Shown here: piece by piece, positions 25,626-37,434 of the stretch
How positions within the stretch are numbered: the first letter of the stretch is position 1
Layout of the letters: each line of letters starts with the position of its first letter
Assembly (NCBI GenBank): GCA_047967505.1
Contig: CM106538.1
Length of the DNA: 64,000 nt
Direction: 5' to 3' (one strand)
Source: Dipteris shenzhenensis
Lineage: Eukaryota
The notes under the pieces: generated by a model
What the model saw: the letters and a program-made list of their open reading frames with translations, nothing else
Database searches by the model: none
Told to the model about the DNA's origin: nothing
Made by a program: the position numbers and the translations under genes

Positions 25626-28249
25626 TCCTTAAACCAATTGAACACTTCAGATTTTCTTTTCATGAGAAAGAGCCAAGTGAGCCAGGAGTAATCCTCAATG
25701 AATGTGGCAAAATACCGATACCCTCTATGGATTGTGACATTCATTGGTCCACAAACATCACTATGCACAATCTACAGCACCCTTTGTGCTCTTACTGAAC
25801 TTGGACCATCCTTTTGGAATGGTAGGCGATGCAACTTTCAAAGAGCACAAGCTTCACACACCTCCTGAGGGGGCTGCTGTAATTTTGGCAATCCTTCAAC
25901 CATATTATGATTATGCAAATATGCCAAAGCTCTGTGATGGGCATTGCCAAACCTAGCATGCCATAAATCACCTGGAGTAGCAGAAGAGACAGCCATAGCA
26001 TGTTGATTATAAGGCTGAGCATCAAGCTTGTAAAAACCCATGCTGGCCTCATAAGAGCCTATAGCCAAAATCTCATACCCTTTCTTTGGATCCTTGATCA
26101 TGCATTGATCATCATGGAATTCCACAAGCATGTACTGATCATGAGCCATGGATGGAATAGAAACAAGGTCTTTCCTCAAGTCAGGAACATACCAGACATC
26201 ACGGATATACTTTTCATTTCCTAAATCCAAAAGGATGGGAATATCTCCCACTCTCGTGATGTCTTGAGTGGCATCATTGGCACAAGTAACCTATCTGCCA
26301 TGAAAAGGTTTGATTTCTTCAAACCAGTCTTTCCTGTGAGTCATGTGCTTTGATGCACCACTATCTAGATACCAAGTATCTATGTCAGTAAATGAGGAAT
26401 CACGATTCACCAGATGAAGCAAGAGAAGCATCATGTGCAACTAAATCCCCCCTGGCACCAAAGTTGTCCTAAAATGCGGGAAACACATAATCCTTTCCGT
26501 CTTGTGCAAATTTTGCATGAGATGTTGAAGTGTTGGCATTTTCAGCTGGTGCCACATAATTACTACTTGTGCCTTGCCTCTTTTTCTCATTGGCAATCCT
26601 TTTATGGCACATTGCAATGTAATTACCAAGCTTCTTGCAATAATTGCATCTGCCTTTCTTCACCTTTGCACCTTTATCTACATTCCTTCCATTTTTGTTT
26701 GCATTCCCCTTCTTCCTGGGCTGATAAGCATGCTGCTGGTCTTTCTTTGAAATTTAACCTTTCCATGAGTGGCAAGAGCTTGCTCACTCTGACCAGAGGA
26801 ACGGGCTGAATTGGAAGTGTGCGTTTCTTCCTGTAAGAGCAAGCCACCTTACTCCTCAAAATTGAGTGGAGCAGCCCTGAGCTGGTCGAGGAAGCAATAA
26901 ACGTATCATATGAGGGTACCAAACTATTGAGGGTGATAGAGACCAATTTCTTGTCTTCTATATCCTCATCAATAGCTACGACCTCATCCCGAATGTCAGT
27001 AATCTTTGCAATATGAGCTGAAATAGTTTGACCTTCCTGCATGGACCAATCATTGAGCTTATTGTGCAAGGCAATGCTTCTTGCTTCATTCTTCACATTC
27101 CACATACTTTTCACTCTATCTTAACCTGCCTTTGAAGTCTTGCAAGACTTGATAGTTGACTTAATGTGTGTCTTCACAGACCATGCAATCAAAGACAACC
27201 CCTGGACATCCCTGCGATCAAACCTCTTATGATCCTCCATGGGAGCAGTAGTAGAAGACTGAGTGGTAGTGACAGAAGTGGAAGATGCACTCATGCTAGA
27301 TCCAACAGGTCTAGCCTCATCACCATTCATGATGTCCCATAAGCCCTTTCCAACCAAGATATTCTCAAGTGTAAACGACCAACAAAGCATAGTTAGGTCC
27401 ATCCAACTTATCTGCCTCAGTCATGATACCAAAATTCTCATTGAGGGACATGATTGCAAGTTCAAGAATAATTGCAAGTGTACCTGCAAAGGAAAAGACA
27501 ACTGAGCCATTTTCTTCTCAGCTGGAGTAGAAGAAAAACTAAGGCAGGAATGCAAATGGTGATCTAGAGAGGCAAATGGTGAGCTGGAGAGGTAATGGGC
27601 AGCTGTACAGTTGGCAAGAGCTAGTCTTGGGCTGCAAAGCCACGGTGTATGTATGTATGGATGGCGAGGCAGCTGTCAGGGGCTGTGGGCAGGAGAAATG
27701 TACAGAAATTAGTAAAAATCAGCAAAACGTAAATGATATTGCTGGTATCTTCTGATCTGATGTTCAGAATGAAATTCTGAGAGCATGAACAGCTCCAAAA
27801 GGGGGGTAAAATCCCAAGACAATTGGTCAAAACTCCAAGACAACTAGTCAAAATTACTCCGAGTTGCCCAATGTAGCTATAGAACTTTCGGTATCCAAAA
27901 TTGCCTGAAAAAATGCGACTAGAAATAACTAACACTCAAAATCTGAGGAGTGCTTCATGGTGCAAAATTTCGCAACACTCAAGACAGCCAAAAGAGAAGT
28001 CGACTAGAAATAACTAACTTCTTCTCTGCGAGACAGAAGTGCAACAGGAGCATGCAGGAGAACGGGGAAGCAAGTGACAGGGCTGGAAGGACTAGCTCTG
28101 ATACCACATCATGTAGGAACAAGAATGGAGAAGAGTTGTACTCCAACTGAAATGTTTAACCAAATGAGGTACAAGTACTTGGTATATATAGTCCAAGTAC
28201 TAGAGCACACAAAAACTCTAAAATAGACTAAGTCCTAGTCTATCCTACA
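25626..28249 (-). mobile_element. Ty1/copia 5' half: 138-bp LTR (28112-28249), Met-tRNA PBS, decayed gag-protease-integrase
   Basis: TGTAGGA...TCCTACA LTR, TGGTATCAGAGC PBS, CNYCKKLGN zinc knuckle, WYLDSGASKHMT, LWHARFG and HSDVCGP. Confidence 0.9.
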
Positions 28250-31200
28250 CCACCATATCATTATACTATATCTCTATAGCAGGAGAACCCAAAAATTTTT
28301 TCCTCGAAAAGTGGCATATCAGGAAGGTTATTTCTATGCGTCCCCGTCGATTCTGGATTCTTGATTTGACTTGCATGCAGATGAGATTGAAGCATCACAT
28401 CACTCCTAGATTCTTTGTCCTTGTTCAGATCACCGTGGATAGAGCTTCCCCTTTTGCAAGTGTGGGAGTGCTTTCCCCAGTTGACTTTCCTCCTCTTGAT
28501 AGGAGGAACTTTTCCTAGGAGAGGGATATCTCTGCTACCAAGTCGGGTAGGGTTTTTCATCTGGCCTCTTCCTCTCACCGATGAGTATTGTCAGTTGGAA
28601 TGTTTAGGGCCTACACAAACTGGATTTCAAGGATTGTGCCAAGTCGGGTAAGCTTCTCTCAGGGCATATTTTTTGGTCACCCGCCTAGGGCACCAGGGGA
28701 GGTACTTGCCTTTCTGTTTCTTCTTCGATGCTATCCTTGGTGATTGGACATGGGATCATAGTTTCCTCTAGAGCTTAGTGGATCATTCTTTTGATTGGTG
28801 GGCATAAGGTTGGTTTCTTAAAACTTTATGCCCCCAATTTAAGAGGGGACCATGTCCTTCTATGGAAGGAGCTACTTTCTTGGTCATGCATTGCAGAGTC
28901 TTGGATCATTGGGGGTGATTTCAACATGGTTGAAATGCCCACAAACAAAAGAGGTGGTAGGAAAGGTGGTATCTACTCCCTAGAGAGAGCAGCCTAGGAT
29001 GCCTTCCTATTTCGATACAGTGGCAGAGATGCTTGGCATGATGATTCTTTCCACAATCAGCCACAGTCACTCCTATTTTCTTGGTCGAACAGAAGGTTGC
29101 AGATGCCTATCCATGCATGGATTGACAGATTTTATGTGGATGATTGGGCTCTAGATAGAGGTGGGACAATATGCATTACACCTGGGGTGTCCACTTCAAA
29201 TCACTTTCCAGTTGTTATGTTTGTTTCAGATCCTCCTGTGAGGAGTCACTCTGCCAGTATCGGGATTCCAAATGCCTTCTACGCAGAGGAGGGTCTCACA
29301 GGGGCAGTGTTGTGGACTTGGGTATCTCATATGCATGATGGGCAGCTTCCCCCGTCAGATATAGTTGCAGCCCTATTAGATATTAGTGACTTTTATCATT
29401 CAGTTGCCCGTATCATGAGAGGTGAGATCCTCAGGTGAGAGATATGTTTTCGCCAGCAGTTGGCTGCTCTTCAAAGGAAAGAGCATAAGAGGCCTACAGA
29501 TGCTTAGGTTCAGGAGTGCCTTGCTGCAGCAAGGGCTCAGTAGCAGTCATTGCTAGATCAGAGAGTAGAGTATGCCTTTCATGCCAGAGAGTCATTTTAG
29601 ACTCAGATGAGACAAATAAGCAATTCTTCTCTACTCTTGGCCCCATACATAGTAAGGAGAGCATTTCACAGCTTGTTGACTCAAACAGATTTTTATAGAC
29701 ACATCTAGATGCCGTCTTGCAAGTAGCCACAGATTTCTATGCCTCCCTTTTTACTGCAAATCCCAACATACAGGACAGATGATGCTTGAGTTGTTTTTTG
29801 GCAGCGCTTACCTATGTTGGTGACTGGAGATATGATAGTCTCACTTGACGCACCATTCACCAACATAGAGTTCAGGATTACTCTCTCCGCCCTTAAGAAG
29901 GGCAAGTGCCCTAGTTCAGATGGGCTTACACCCTCTTTCTTTATTTCATTTTGGGATCAGATTAGAGATCACATTACCTGAGCCCTGCAAGGCATTTGGG
30001 ACTCAGGTGAGATGCCAGACTCACTTAAGGAGGGCCTCATTCATCTTATCCCAAAAGGGGGATGCAGGAATTTAGTGTCTCAATGGAGACCGATCACTCT
30101 GTTGGGTACTTTGTACAAAATCTTAGCAAAAGCAATTAGCCTATGTTTGCAGTCCTTTCTTCTAAATCCTATACATGATACGCAGACGAGATTTGTGCAT
30201 GGCAGGAGCATCTTCGATAACATCTTCTCATTTTGGAAGGCTTCTGACTAGGCCATGAATAATGGCCATAGGCTTGCCATTCTACTCCCAGACTTTGAGA
30301 AAGCTTATGACATAGTAGACTGGGGCTTTCTAGGGGGTACCCTCGCTCGTTTTGGATTCAAAGATGCATGGATCAGAGGGGTGTCAACTCTCTACAGATA
30401 AGCCCATAGCCAGGTTCTCATTGGTGGAGTCAGGGGAGACAGGTTTCGGATTACCAGATCGGTCCGTCAGGGATGCCCTTTAGCCCCCTTTCTTGTTTTA
30501 TTTGTGGCTGAAGTTATGAGCTATTACCTTAGAGCTCAAGCTGATATTATAGGGTTGAGCCTTCTGTTGAGGCAGGAGGAGGAGCTTTTGCATAGTGAGT
30601 TGGCAGATGATACGGCTGTTTTTTGGGATGCCACACCACAGACACTCACCTCATTCAGGATAGCCTTGGATTTCTTTTGCACTGCAGCAGGGGCTCATAG
30701 CAATTGGAACAAATCCAATGGCTTTTGGATTAGTGATGAGGACACTCTAGACTAGGGGATTGACATAGGATTCACCTAGATTCAGAGGGGTGTTTCCATC
30801 AGGTACCTAGGATGCTAGGCTGGGGTGGGCATCTCTCCAGCACAACAATTTGCTCCCGTGCTAGAGAGCATCAGAAGGAAACTCATTTTTTGGAGTTTTG
30901 CCAAACTTTACCTTGCATCCAGAGTAGTAGTTGTGAACCAGGTATTATTGGCTAGTGCCTGGTTCGTTTGCTCATGTTGGTGCAAATCTAGAGGTTATAT
31001 ATCTCAACTCATGAGACCTATCAGAACTTCCTTTGAAGTGGATTAGATGGCACCTCAGATGTTGTAGCCAAAGTGGCTTGGGAGACCCTCATTCTGCCCA
31101 CAAGGGAAGGAGGTCTGAATATTATTGATCCGAACTTGTAGTGTATGGCCTTGCTCTGCAAGTTTGTAGTGAGAGGATTGATGCCTGGACAGGAGCCTTG

Positions 31201-31317
31201 GAAAGATTTTTTTTTACACAACATTCAGTCTTGTACACTTTCTCATGGGGAAGATTGGATGGGCAGCTCGAGATGGATTTTTACTTCAGCGCATCTTAGA
31301 TCTCCCTCTTTCCCTCT

Positions 31318-31669
31318 TTTTTTTTTTTGAAAAGATCACTTCATTAAGTATGATTGAAAACCACAAGAGCAAGCTCTAATGCATGAGTCCAGCATGCCAT
31401 GCATGAGAAGAAAATAAACAGCTCGAAAAGAGCTAACAAAAGTCGAAGGTGGAGGCTAAAAATGCCACCTCAACCCTAAAGAAGACTCAGAGAAGAAGGG
31501 AGATCCTCTCCAAACTCTGAAGAAGGTAGCCCTCCTAGAAATAGTTGCTCTCGAGGATCCCTGCATGCTTGACCAGATGGCCACCAGAGTATGTATAGTA
31601 TCAGTCCATATACTGGCCATAGACTGGAAGGGATGAACCTATGAACCCTCCATCGCCTCCATACATCTG
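31318..31669 (-). mobile_element. Short LINE-B 3' end inserted antisense into LINE-B
   Basis: Poly(T) on the + strand; 15-bp TSD TCCCTCTTYCCCTCT at 31303-31317 and 31670-31684. Confidence 0.88.
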
Positions 31670-32507
31670 TCCCTCTTCCCCTCTCATGGCTGCCATTCTG
31701 AAAGCTTAGGACAGCTTCAGAGGCACTGTTCCACCCTCCTCTCGTGAAGAAATAGACAGGCATCCAATCATGTGGAATGACTATTTTTTGGATGAGCATG
31801 GCAGATCACTAGGAGTGTCACATTATATGCAGTGGTCTAGATGGGAGACGGGACCTGCTTCCATAGTAGGCGCTTGGAAGGCTTTTAGGAAGCTTCCAGA
31901 GGATCAGAGACTCATATCAGTTAGCCACCTCAAAGGGAGTACAGTCAAGATGCAGCAGATAGATGCAGCCATATGACACATCCCAGCACTCCTGAAACCC
32001 CTGATCTGCAAAATAACCACACACAACATCAGAACTGAGCAGGCTGCTCACCACCCAACCGTGACATCTACGGGATGTGATCCCGAATCAGAAGATGTCC
32101 CCCCGAGCCACGAGCTGAGCTACTGGTACGAACTCCCAATCAGATCCCAACCAGCCTGGTGTCCCATACCACCAGGTGGCGCTGTGAAGCCCTGGATCTG
32201 CCACTGGGCCTTGGGCTACGCTAAGATGCAGGCGCGCATTCGCGACACAATCCAGGATCAGACCTAGCACCTGGGAACGAGACTTGCTCCCAACTGCTCA
32301 CTGAGAACTGAACCCCCTGGGCCTCTTTTATAGACTCGGGCCCCGGCGCCAAAAATAGCGAAGACCTATAAATAGTTCGTACCCTTGCCACTCAACCCGA
32401 GAATCAAGCCTGCCTAGCTCTAAGCCTCCCCAGGCTAACCTGAGCTAGTTCTGTGTACCTAGTACACGTCAGATACCGATCCGTGCACATGACATACTCC
32501 CCCTCCT

Positions 32508-35500
32508 CTAAGAACTCACTCCTGAGTTCGGTAAGAAATCGGGAAATGTTCTTTGGAGGTTTTGTAATGTCTCCCATGTTGCATCCTCCTCAACACGATC
32601 CTTCCACTTAATCTTGTATTCCGTGATAGTACGATTTCGAATCTGTCTTTCACGAAATTCAAGAATAGATTCAGGTTCGTGAGGAATAAAAGTTAAATCT
32701 GTAACTTCTATAATCTCATGAGGAGAAACAATTTGATCATCTGCACCCAATACTTCTTTCAGTCTACTGACATGAAAGACTGGATGTACTTTAACATCAG
32801 GAGGCAATTCTAGTCGATATGCAACTGGTCCAATTCTTTTAATGACCTTGAATGGGCCACAGTATCTGGGGGATAATTTCGGAACCAAACCAGTACTGAG
32901 GCTCTTGGATTCCTTAGGAATTCGCAAATATACCATCGTTCCTTCAGAGAACTCTCTAGGTGAACGATGTCTATTAGCATAAAATCTGTCCCGATCTTGG
33001 GCACTTCTAATAGACTCCTTGGCAAACTGCAACATTTCCTGCATGTCTTGCAAGAAGTTCTTAGCAGCATCATTTTGAATCCCTTTTAATCCAACCATAA
33101 CTGGTGACTTAGGTTGAAACCCGTACATAAGCATAAAAGGACTATAACCTGTACTAGAATGCTTTGTACTGTTGTAAGCAAATTCAATCATGGGTAGATA
33201 ATCTTCCCATGAAGACTGTCTCTTAGATACATATGCCCGAAGCATGTCTTCAACCAACTGGTTGACCTTCTCTGTACTGCCATCGGATTGTGCATGATCC
33301 GAGGAACTCATACTTAGAGTAGTTTCCAACTTCTCAAATACAAGTGTCCAGAAGTTACTTGTAAACTTTGAGTCCCTGTCACTGACTATGTCAGATGGCA
33401 AACCATACAGCTTGAACAAGTGGTCCACAAACTCGTGAGCCAGCTGAACAGCTGAAATAGTTGTTCTTGTAGGTAAGAATCTAGCCATTTTTGTCAAACG
33501 GTCGACTATGACCCAAATAGAGTCATGACCCTTGCGCGTTCGAGGTAAACCAGTAATAAAATCCATGGAAATACTTTCCCATTTATTACCTGGAATCTGT
33601 AATGGCTGTAATAAGCCCGCGCTCCTAAGGCGTTCAGCCTTAGTAACCTGACAAACTCGGCAACCTACCACATAGTTCTCTACAAATGCACGCATCTTAG
33701 GCCAATAAAAGGTATGCTTCACAAGAGACAGAGTCCTATGTATACCTGGATGTCCCGCACTAGGAGCATCATGACACTCCCAGAGAATCTTGGATTTTAG
33801 GTCCAGAACATCAGGTACACAAATCTTTTCATTCCGGAACAGCAAGCCGTTCCTAATCATCCACTGACCTCCCGCCGCCTGTATCCTAGGTGGCACAATC
33901 CCTGAGTCCTGGTCAACCATGGAGCTCCCATCCTGGACTCTCTGCCAATAAGAACTGAAATGACTATCAGTTGCGTATAGCCCTCTCAAGGATTGAAATA
34001 GGTCTGAGGATATTTCCGTAAATGACAAAGCATTTACAAACTTAACTCGACTTAAGGCATCCGCCACCCTATTCAACGAACCCTTACGATAACGTATTTC
34101 GAAATCAAAATCCTGCATTAACTCTGCCCATCTAGCTTTCCTTCCTCTCAAGTCTGATCCATCACACACATACTTAATTGACTGGTGATCAGTCAATACG
34201 AGGAACTTTGAACCATACAAGTAGTGTCTCCAAACCTTGAGAGCATACACTACCGCATAAAGTTCCTTCTCGAGTGTGGGCCAACGATATTGAGTGTCGT
34301 CTAGCTTCTTACTCTCAAAAGCTACAGGTCTGCCCTCTTGGAATAGAGCTGCCCCAATCGCATAATCACTCGCATCGGCCTCTAAAACATAAGGCCGGGT
34401 AGGATCGGGTAATGCAAGAACGGGTGCTTCCTTGATAGATAACTTCAAGGTTTCAAAAGCCTTGTTCATTGCATCATTCCAAGGGATCGGTTGAGTAGAC
34501 CTGCGTCCACGACCTTTCAATATGTTGGTCAATGGTACCGTGATTTGTGAGTAATCACGGACTGACTTCCGAAGAAATACCGTAAATCCTAGAAAAGAAC
34601 GAAGTTGTTTCACAGTCTGAGGTATAGGCCAATCTAAAACCTTCTGGATACGATCCAGATCAATGCTAATGCCTTCAGAAGAAATCTTGTGTCCTAAGTA
34701 AATGATCTCCTTCATAAAGAAGTCACATTTACTCATCTTGGCATAAAGCTTATGCTGTCTTAGAACAAATAAGACAACCCGGAGGTGTCCTATATGATCC
34801 TCAAGCGTTTTACTATATACCAAGATATCATCTAAGAACACGACAACAAATTTGCCCAGATAATCTCTGAACAAATCGTTCATCATCTGCTGAAAAGTAG
34901 CAGGAGCATTGGTCAAACCAAAAGGTAATACGAGGAACTCGTAATGACCATACCTAGTCCGGAATGCGGTCCTATCTATGTATTTAGCATAGATACGGAT
35001 TTGGTGATAACCCGTACGCAAATCAATCTTAGTGAAATACTTCGCTCCGGCCAAACGGTCTATCAAATCATCAGAACGAGGTAAAGGATAGCGGTTCTTA
35101 ATTGTAACTTTATTTAGTCGTTTATAATCTATACACATCCTCCAGGAAGAATCCTTCTTCTTTCTTAAGAGGACAGGTGCACCCCAAGGAGATTTACTTG
35201 GGCGGATATAGCCCATATTCAGGTAATCCTGAAGCTGGATAGCTAACTCATCCTCCTCTACCTGGCTCATCCTATATGGTGGTACACTGATAGGTTGAGC
35301 CCCTGGGACTAAGTCTATGCGATGATCTACTGCCCTTTCTGGAGGTAAACCTTCCGGCAGTTGAACTGGGAATACGTCCTTAAAATTATCTAACAACGTT
35401 CTCAATTCTCGGTGTTCAAACACACTTAATTCATTTTTGTTAATTACTGAAACAACAAATGAAGAAAGTGGAATCAAAACACACTGATAGACATCATAAT

Positions 35501-37088
35501 GAGAAGTGTTCAATATATTCCGAAGCTGCATCGCAGATACAATAGGCCCCTGAGAAGGGATAATCTTATCACACTGAATACAAAATTGGGTGCCTTTGTC
35601 TACAAAAGAAAGCGTATGCTCCGTCCATCCGATCTGGATATTGTGGGTTTTAAACCACTCTATCCCGATCAACAAGTCTACATGCTCTAGATGCATAACA
35701 TAACATGTGAGAGCTCCCGTGTAGGCTTGAATCCGGATGGGAAGCGCTTCAACCTTGCGATCCCAAAACTGCTTCCCGGCTGGAAGCTGCACCTCGTAGG
35801 TGTGGTCGCTAGGTACTGTGGACAGCCCCATCTTCTGCACAAATTTGTAATTAACAAAATTGTGAGAGCTGCCCGGATCAAAGAGAATGTGAACCCATTG
35901 GTCCCTAACTTCTCCATAAACTCGGAAAAGATCATGGGAACCAAACAACGAAGTATTAAAGGTACAATTGCAAGAAAGGGGGCAGGTAATGACATTTACT
36001 GAAATACCTGTCATCGTAACCTGGTTGGCTCCCTTGGCTGCGGTACGCGGACCTGCCTGGAGCTTCGGTCCTAGCACCAATCTCTGGTTCTTCCGCTTAG
36101 GACACTCATTCTTCGTGTGGCCCCGCTCCTCGCAATAAAAACACCGGCCCTCTTTCTTGAGCCTGAGAGTGCGAAGGAAACGGGCCTTACCATTCTTCGC
36201 AGGAGTTAAGCTTTTCCTGGAGGCGTTGTCCGTAGACTTCGTCTCCCCAATACCAGTCGCATGCTGAAAGAACTTGCGTTTGTTCTTTCCGCTGGTCTCG
36301 GTAACTGTGGTTGCCTTGGTTCCGGCCATGGTATCATCATATATGCGCGCATATGTCATGGCCTCCTGCAATGTTGTGCACTTGTTATTCTTAATCTGTA
36401 ACTTATAGGAGTCTGGCAAACCATCCACGAAAAAACCTAACAAGGTTACAGGATCCATTTTGGTGGCCCTGGTTTGCAGATCCCTAAATCTCTGAAGATA
36501 AACTTCAAAAGTTAAATTCAATTTTGACATATCGAGGGCTTTGAGCTTGCCGACGATATCGTAGTCATCTTCCTTCTTCAGGAACTCCTTCCTGAAGATA
36601 CCCTCAAATTCTGTCCAAGTATCAGGCTTTGGCTGAAGTTCTTTCCACCAAAGCAAGGCTTTACCTGACATAAACCCTGCTGCTAGCTGAATCTTTTTCT
36701 CGTCTGGATAGGGGTGAAATTGGAAGTGAACTTGCCACTTGTGCAGCCAAGTGTCAACCACCTCCTTTGTTCTTGATTTCTGGTCACCTGGAAAGGGATC
36801 CGGAGTGATATTCGGGCCTAGCACGGAGGCCATGGCATCCACATGCGTGAGTGCCTGAACCGTGCTAGCCAGAAGAGTCAAGGTAGCTTGTATCCCTTGG
36901 AGTTGCTGTGTCAACCCCGATTGATTAGCGTTGACCTGCTCAAATTTACCATCTAGAGCAGTCGTGAACTCACTGAAGGCTTTCTTAGTGATCAGGTCGT
37001 CATAGAGACCCTGATCATCCTCCCCCACTGGAGTGTAATCTAATTCCTGCTCTCCCATAGTGAACTCGGGATTCGGAGCATCAGACAT
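32508..37088 (-). CDS. Gag-Pol polyprotein (Gag, CCHC knuckle, protease, RT, RNase H, integrase, chromodomain), 1526 aa
   Basis: CFYCEERGHTKNEC, LFDPGSSHNF, PFGLTNAPATF, FLDD, DASDYAIG, H..P.AGH..C..C, GPF motif and YKIKWK...DATWE. Confidence 0.97.
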   Translation of the reverse strand: MSDAPNPEFTMGEQELDYTPVGEDDQGLYDDLITKKAFSEFTTALDGKFEQVNANQSGLTQQLQGIQATLTLLASTVQALTHVDAMASVLGPNITPDPFPGDQKSRTKEVVDTWLHKWQVHFQFHPYPDEKKIQLAAGFMSGKALLWWKELQPKPDTWTEFEGIFRKEFLKKEDDYDIVGKLKALDMSKLNLTFEVYLQRFRDLQTRATKMDPVTLLGFFVDGLPDSYKLQIKNNKCTTLQEAMTYARIYDDTMAGTKATTVTETSGKNKRKFFQHATGIGETKSTDNASRKSLTPAKNGKARFLRTLRLKKEGRCFYCEERGHTKNECPKRKNQRLVLGPKLQAGPRTAAKGANQVTMTGISVNVITCPLSCNCTFNTSLFGSHDLFRVYGEVRDQWVHILFDPGSSHNFVNYKFVQKMGLSTVPSDHTYEVQLPAGKQFWDRKVEALPIRIQAYTGALTCYVMHLEHVDLLIGIEWFKTHNIQIGWTEHTLSFVDKGTQFCIQCDKIIPSQGPIVSAMQLRNILNTSHYDVYQCVLIPLSSFVVSVINKNELSVFEHRELRTLLDNFKDVFPVQLPEGLPPERAVDHRIDLVPGAQPISVPPYRMSQVEEDELAIQLQDYLNMGYIRPSKSPWGAPVLLRKKKDSSWRMCIDYKRLNKVTIKNRYPLPRSDDLIDRLAGAKYFTKIDLRTGYHQIRIYAKYIDRTAFRTRYGHYEFLVLPFGLTNAPATFQQMMNDLFRDYLGKFVVVFLDDILVYSKTLEDHIGHLRVVLFVLRQHKLYAKMSKCDFFMKEIIYLGHKISSEGISIDLDRIQKVLDWPIPQTVKQLRSFLGFTVFLRKSVRDYSQITVPLTNILKGRGRRSTQPIPWNDAMNKAFETLKLSIKEAPVLALPDPTRPYVLEADASDYAIGAALFQEGRPVAFESKKLDDTQYRWPTLEKELYAVVYALKVWRHYLYGSKFLVLTDHQSIKYVCDGSDLRGRKARWAELMQDFDFEIRYRKGSLNRVADALSRVKFVNALSFTEISSDLFQSLRGLYATDSHFSSYWQRVQDGSSMVDQDSGIVPPRIQAAGGQWMIRNGLLFRNEKICVPDVLDLKSKILWECHDAPSAGHPGIHRTLSLVKHTFYWPKMRAFVENYVVGCRVCQVTKAERLRSAGLLQPLQIPGNKWESISMDFITGLPRTRKGHDSIWVIVDRLTKMARFLPTRTTISAVQLAHEFVDHLFKLYGLPSDIVSDRDSKFTSNFWTLVFEKLETTLSMSSSDHAQSDGSTEKVNQLVEDMLRAYVSKRQSSWEDYLPMIEFAYNSTKHSSTGYSPFMLMYGFQPKSPVMVGLKGIQNDAAKNFLQDMQEMLQFAKESIRSAQDRDRFYANRHRSPREFSEGTMVYLRIPKESKSLSTGLVPKLSPRYCGPFKVIKRIGPVAYRLELPPDVKVHPVFHVSRLKEVLGADDQIVSPHEIIEVTDLTFIPHEPESILEFRERQIRNRTITEYKIKWKDRVEEDATWETLQNLQRTFPDFLPNSGVSS

Positions 37089-37298
37089 GGCTGAATACTA
37101 ACTTGATTACAGGCTGAGAGAAATAGCTGGGAGAATCGAAACTGGAAGGGAAAGAGTAGAGGAAAGAAACCGTCCCTCCAAGATATGGCGAAATCAGAGA
37201 AGCTGACTGGAACCAGTAGATATCGTGCACCAACGATCAGCGCGCGTAGGGGATGAGGTCCTGTTGCAGGTCCGCTGCAGGCCGTACAGTACGGAACA

Positions 37299-37434
37299 GC
37301 TGCTACTGTTGCAGCCGTTTCGTGGAGGCAGATCGCGGGCAGAGGCAGGTCGCAGGGCTGCTGCTGTTGCAGCCGTTTCGTGGAGGCAGATCGCAGGCAG
37401 AGGCAGGTCGCAGGGCTGCTGCTGTTGCAGCCGT
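37299..37434. repeat. 58-bp tandem repeat (about 2.3 copies) in the chromovirus 5' leader
   Basis: CTGCTGCTGTTGCAGCCGTTTCGTGGAGGCAGATCGC... is repeated. Confidence 0.85.

Noticed and set aside
32061-32267. Duplicated 68-aa gene (also at 38219-38425)
   Set aside because: Antisense ORF inside near-identical LTRs, with no evidence of coding.
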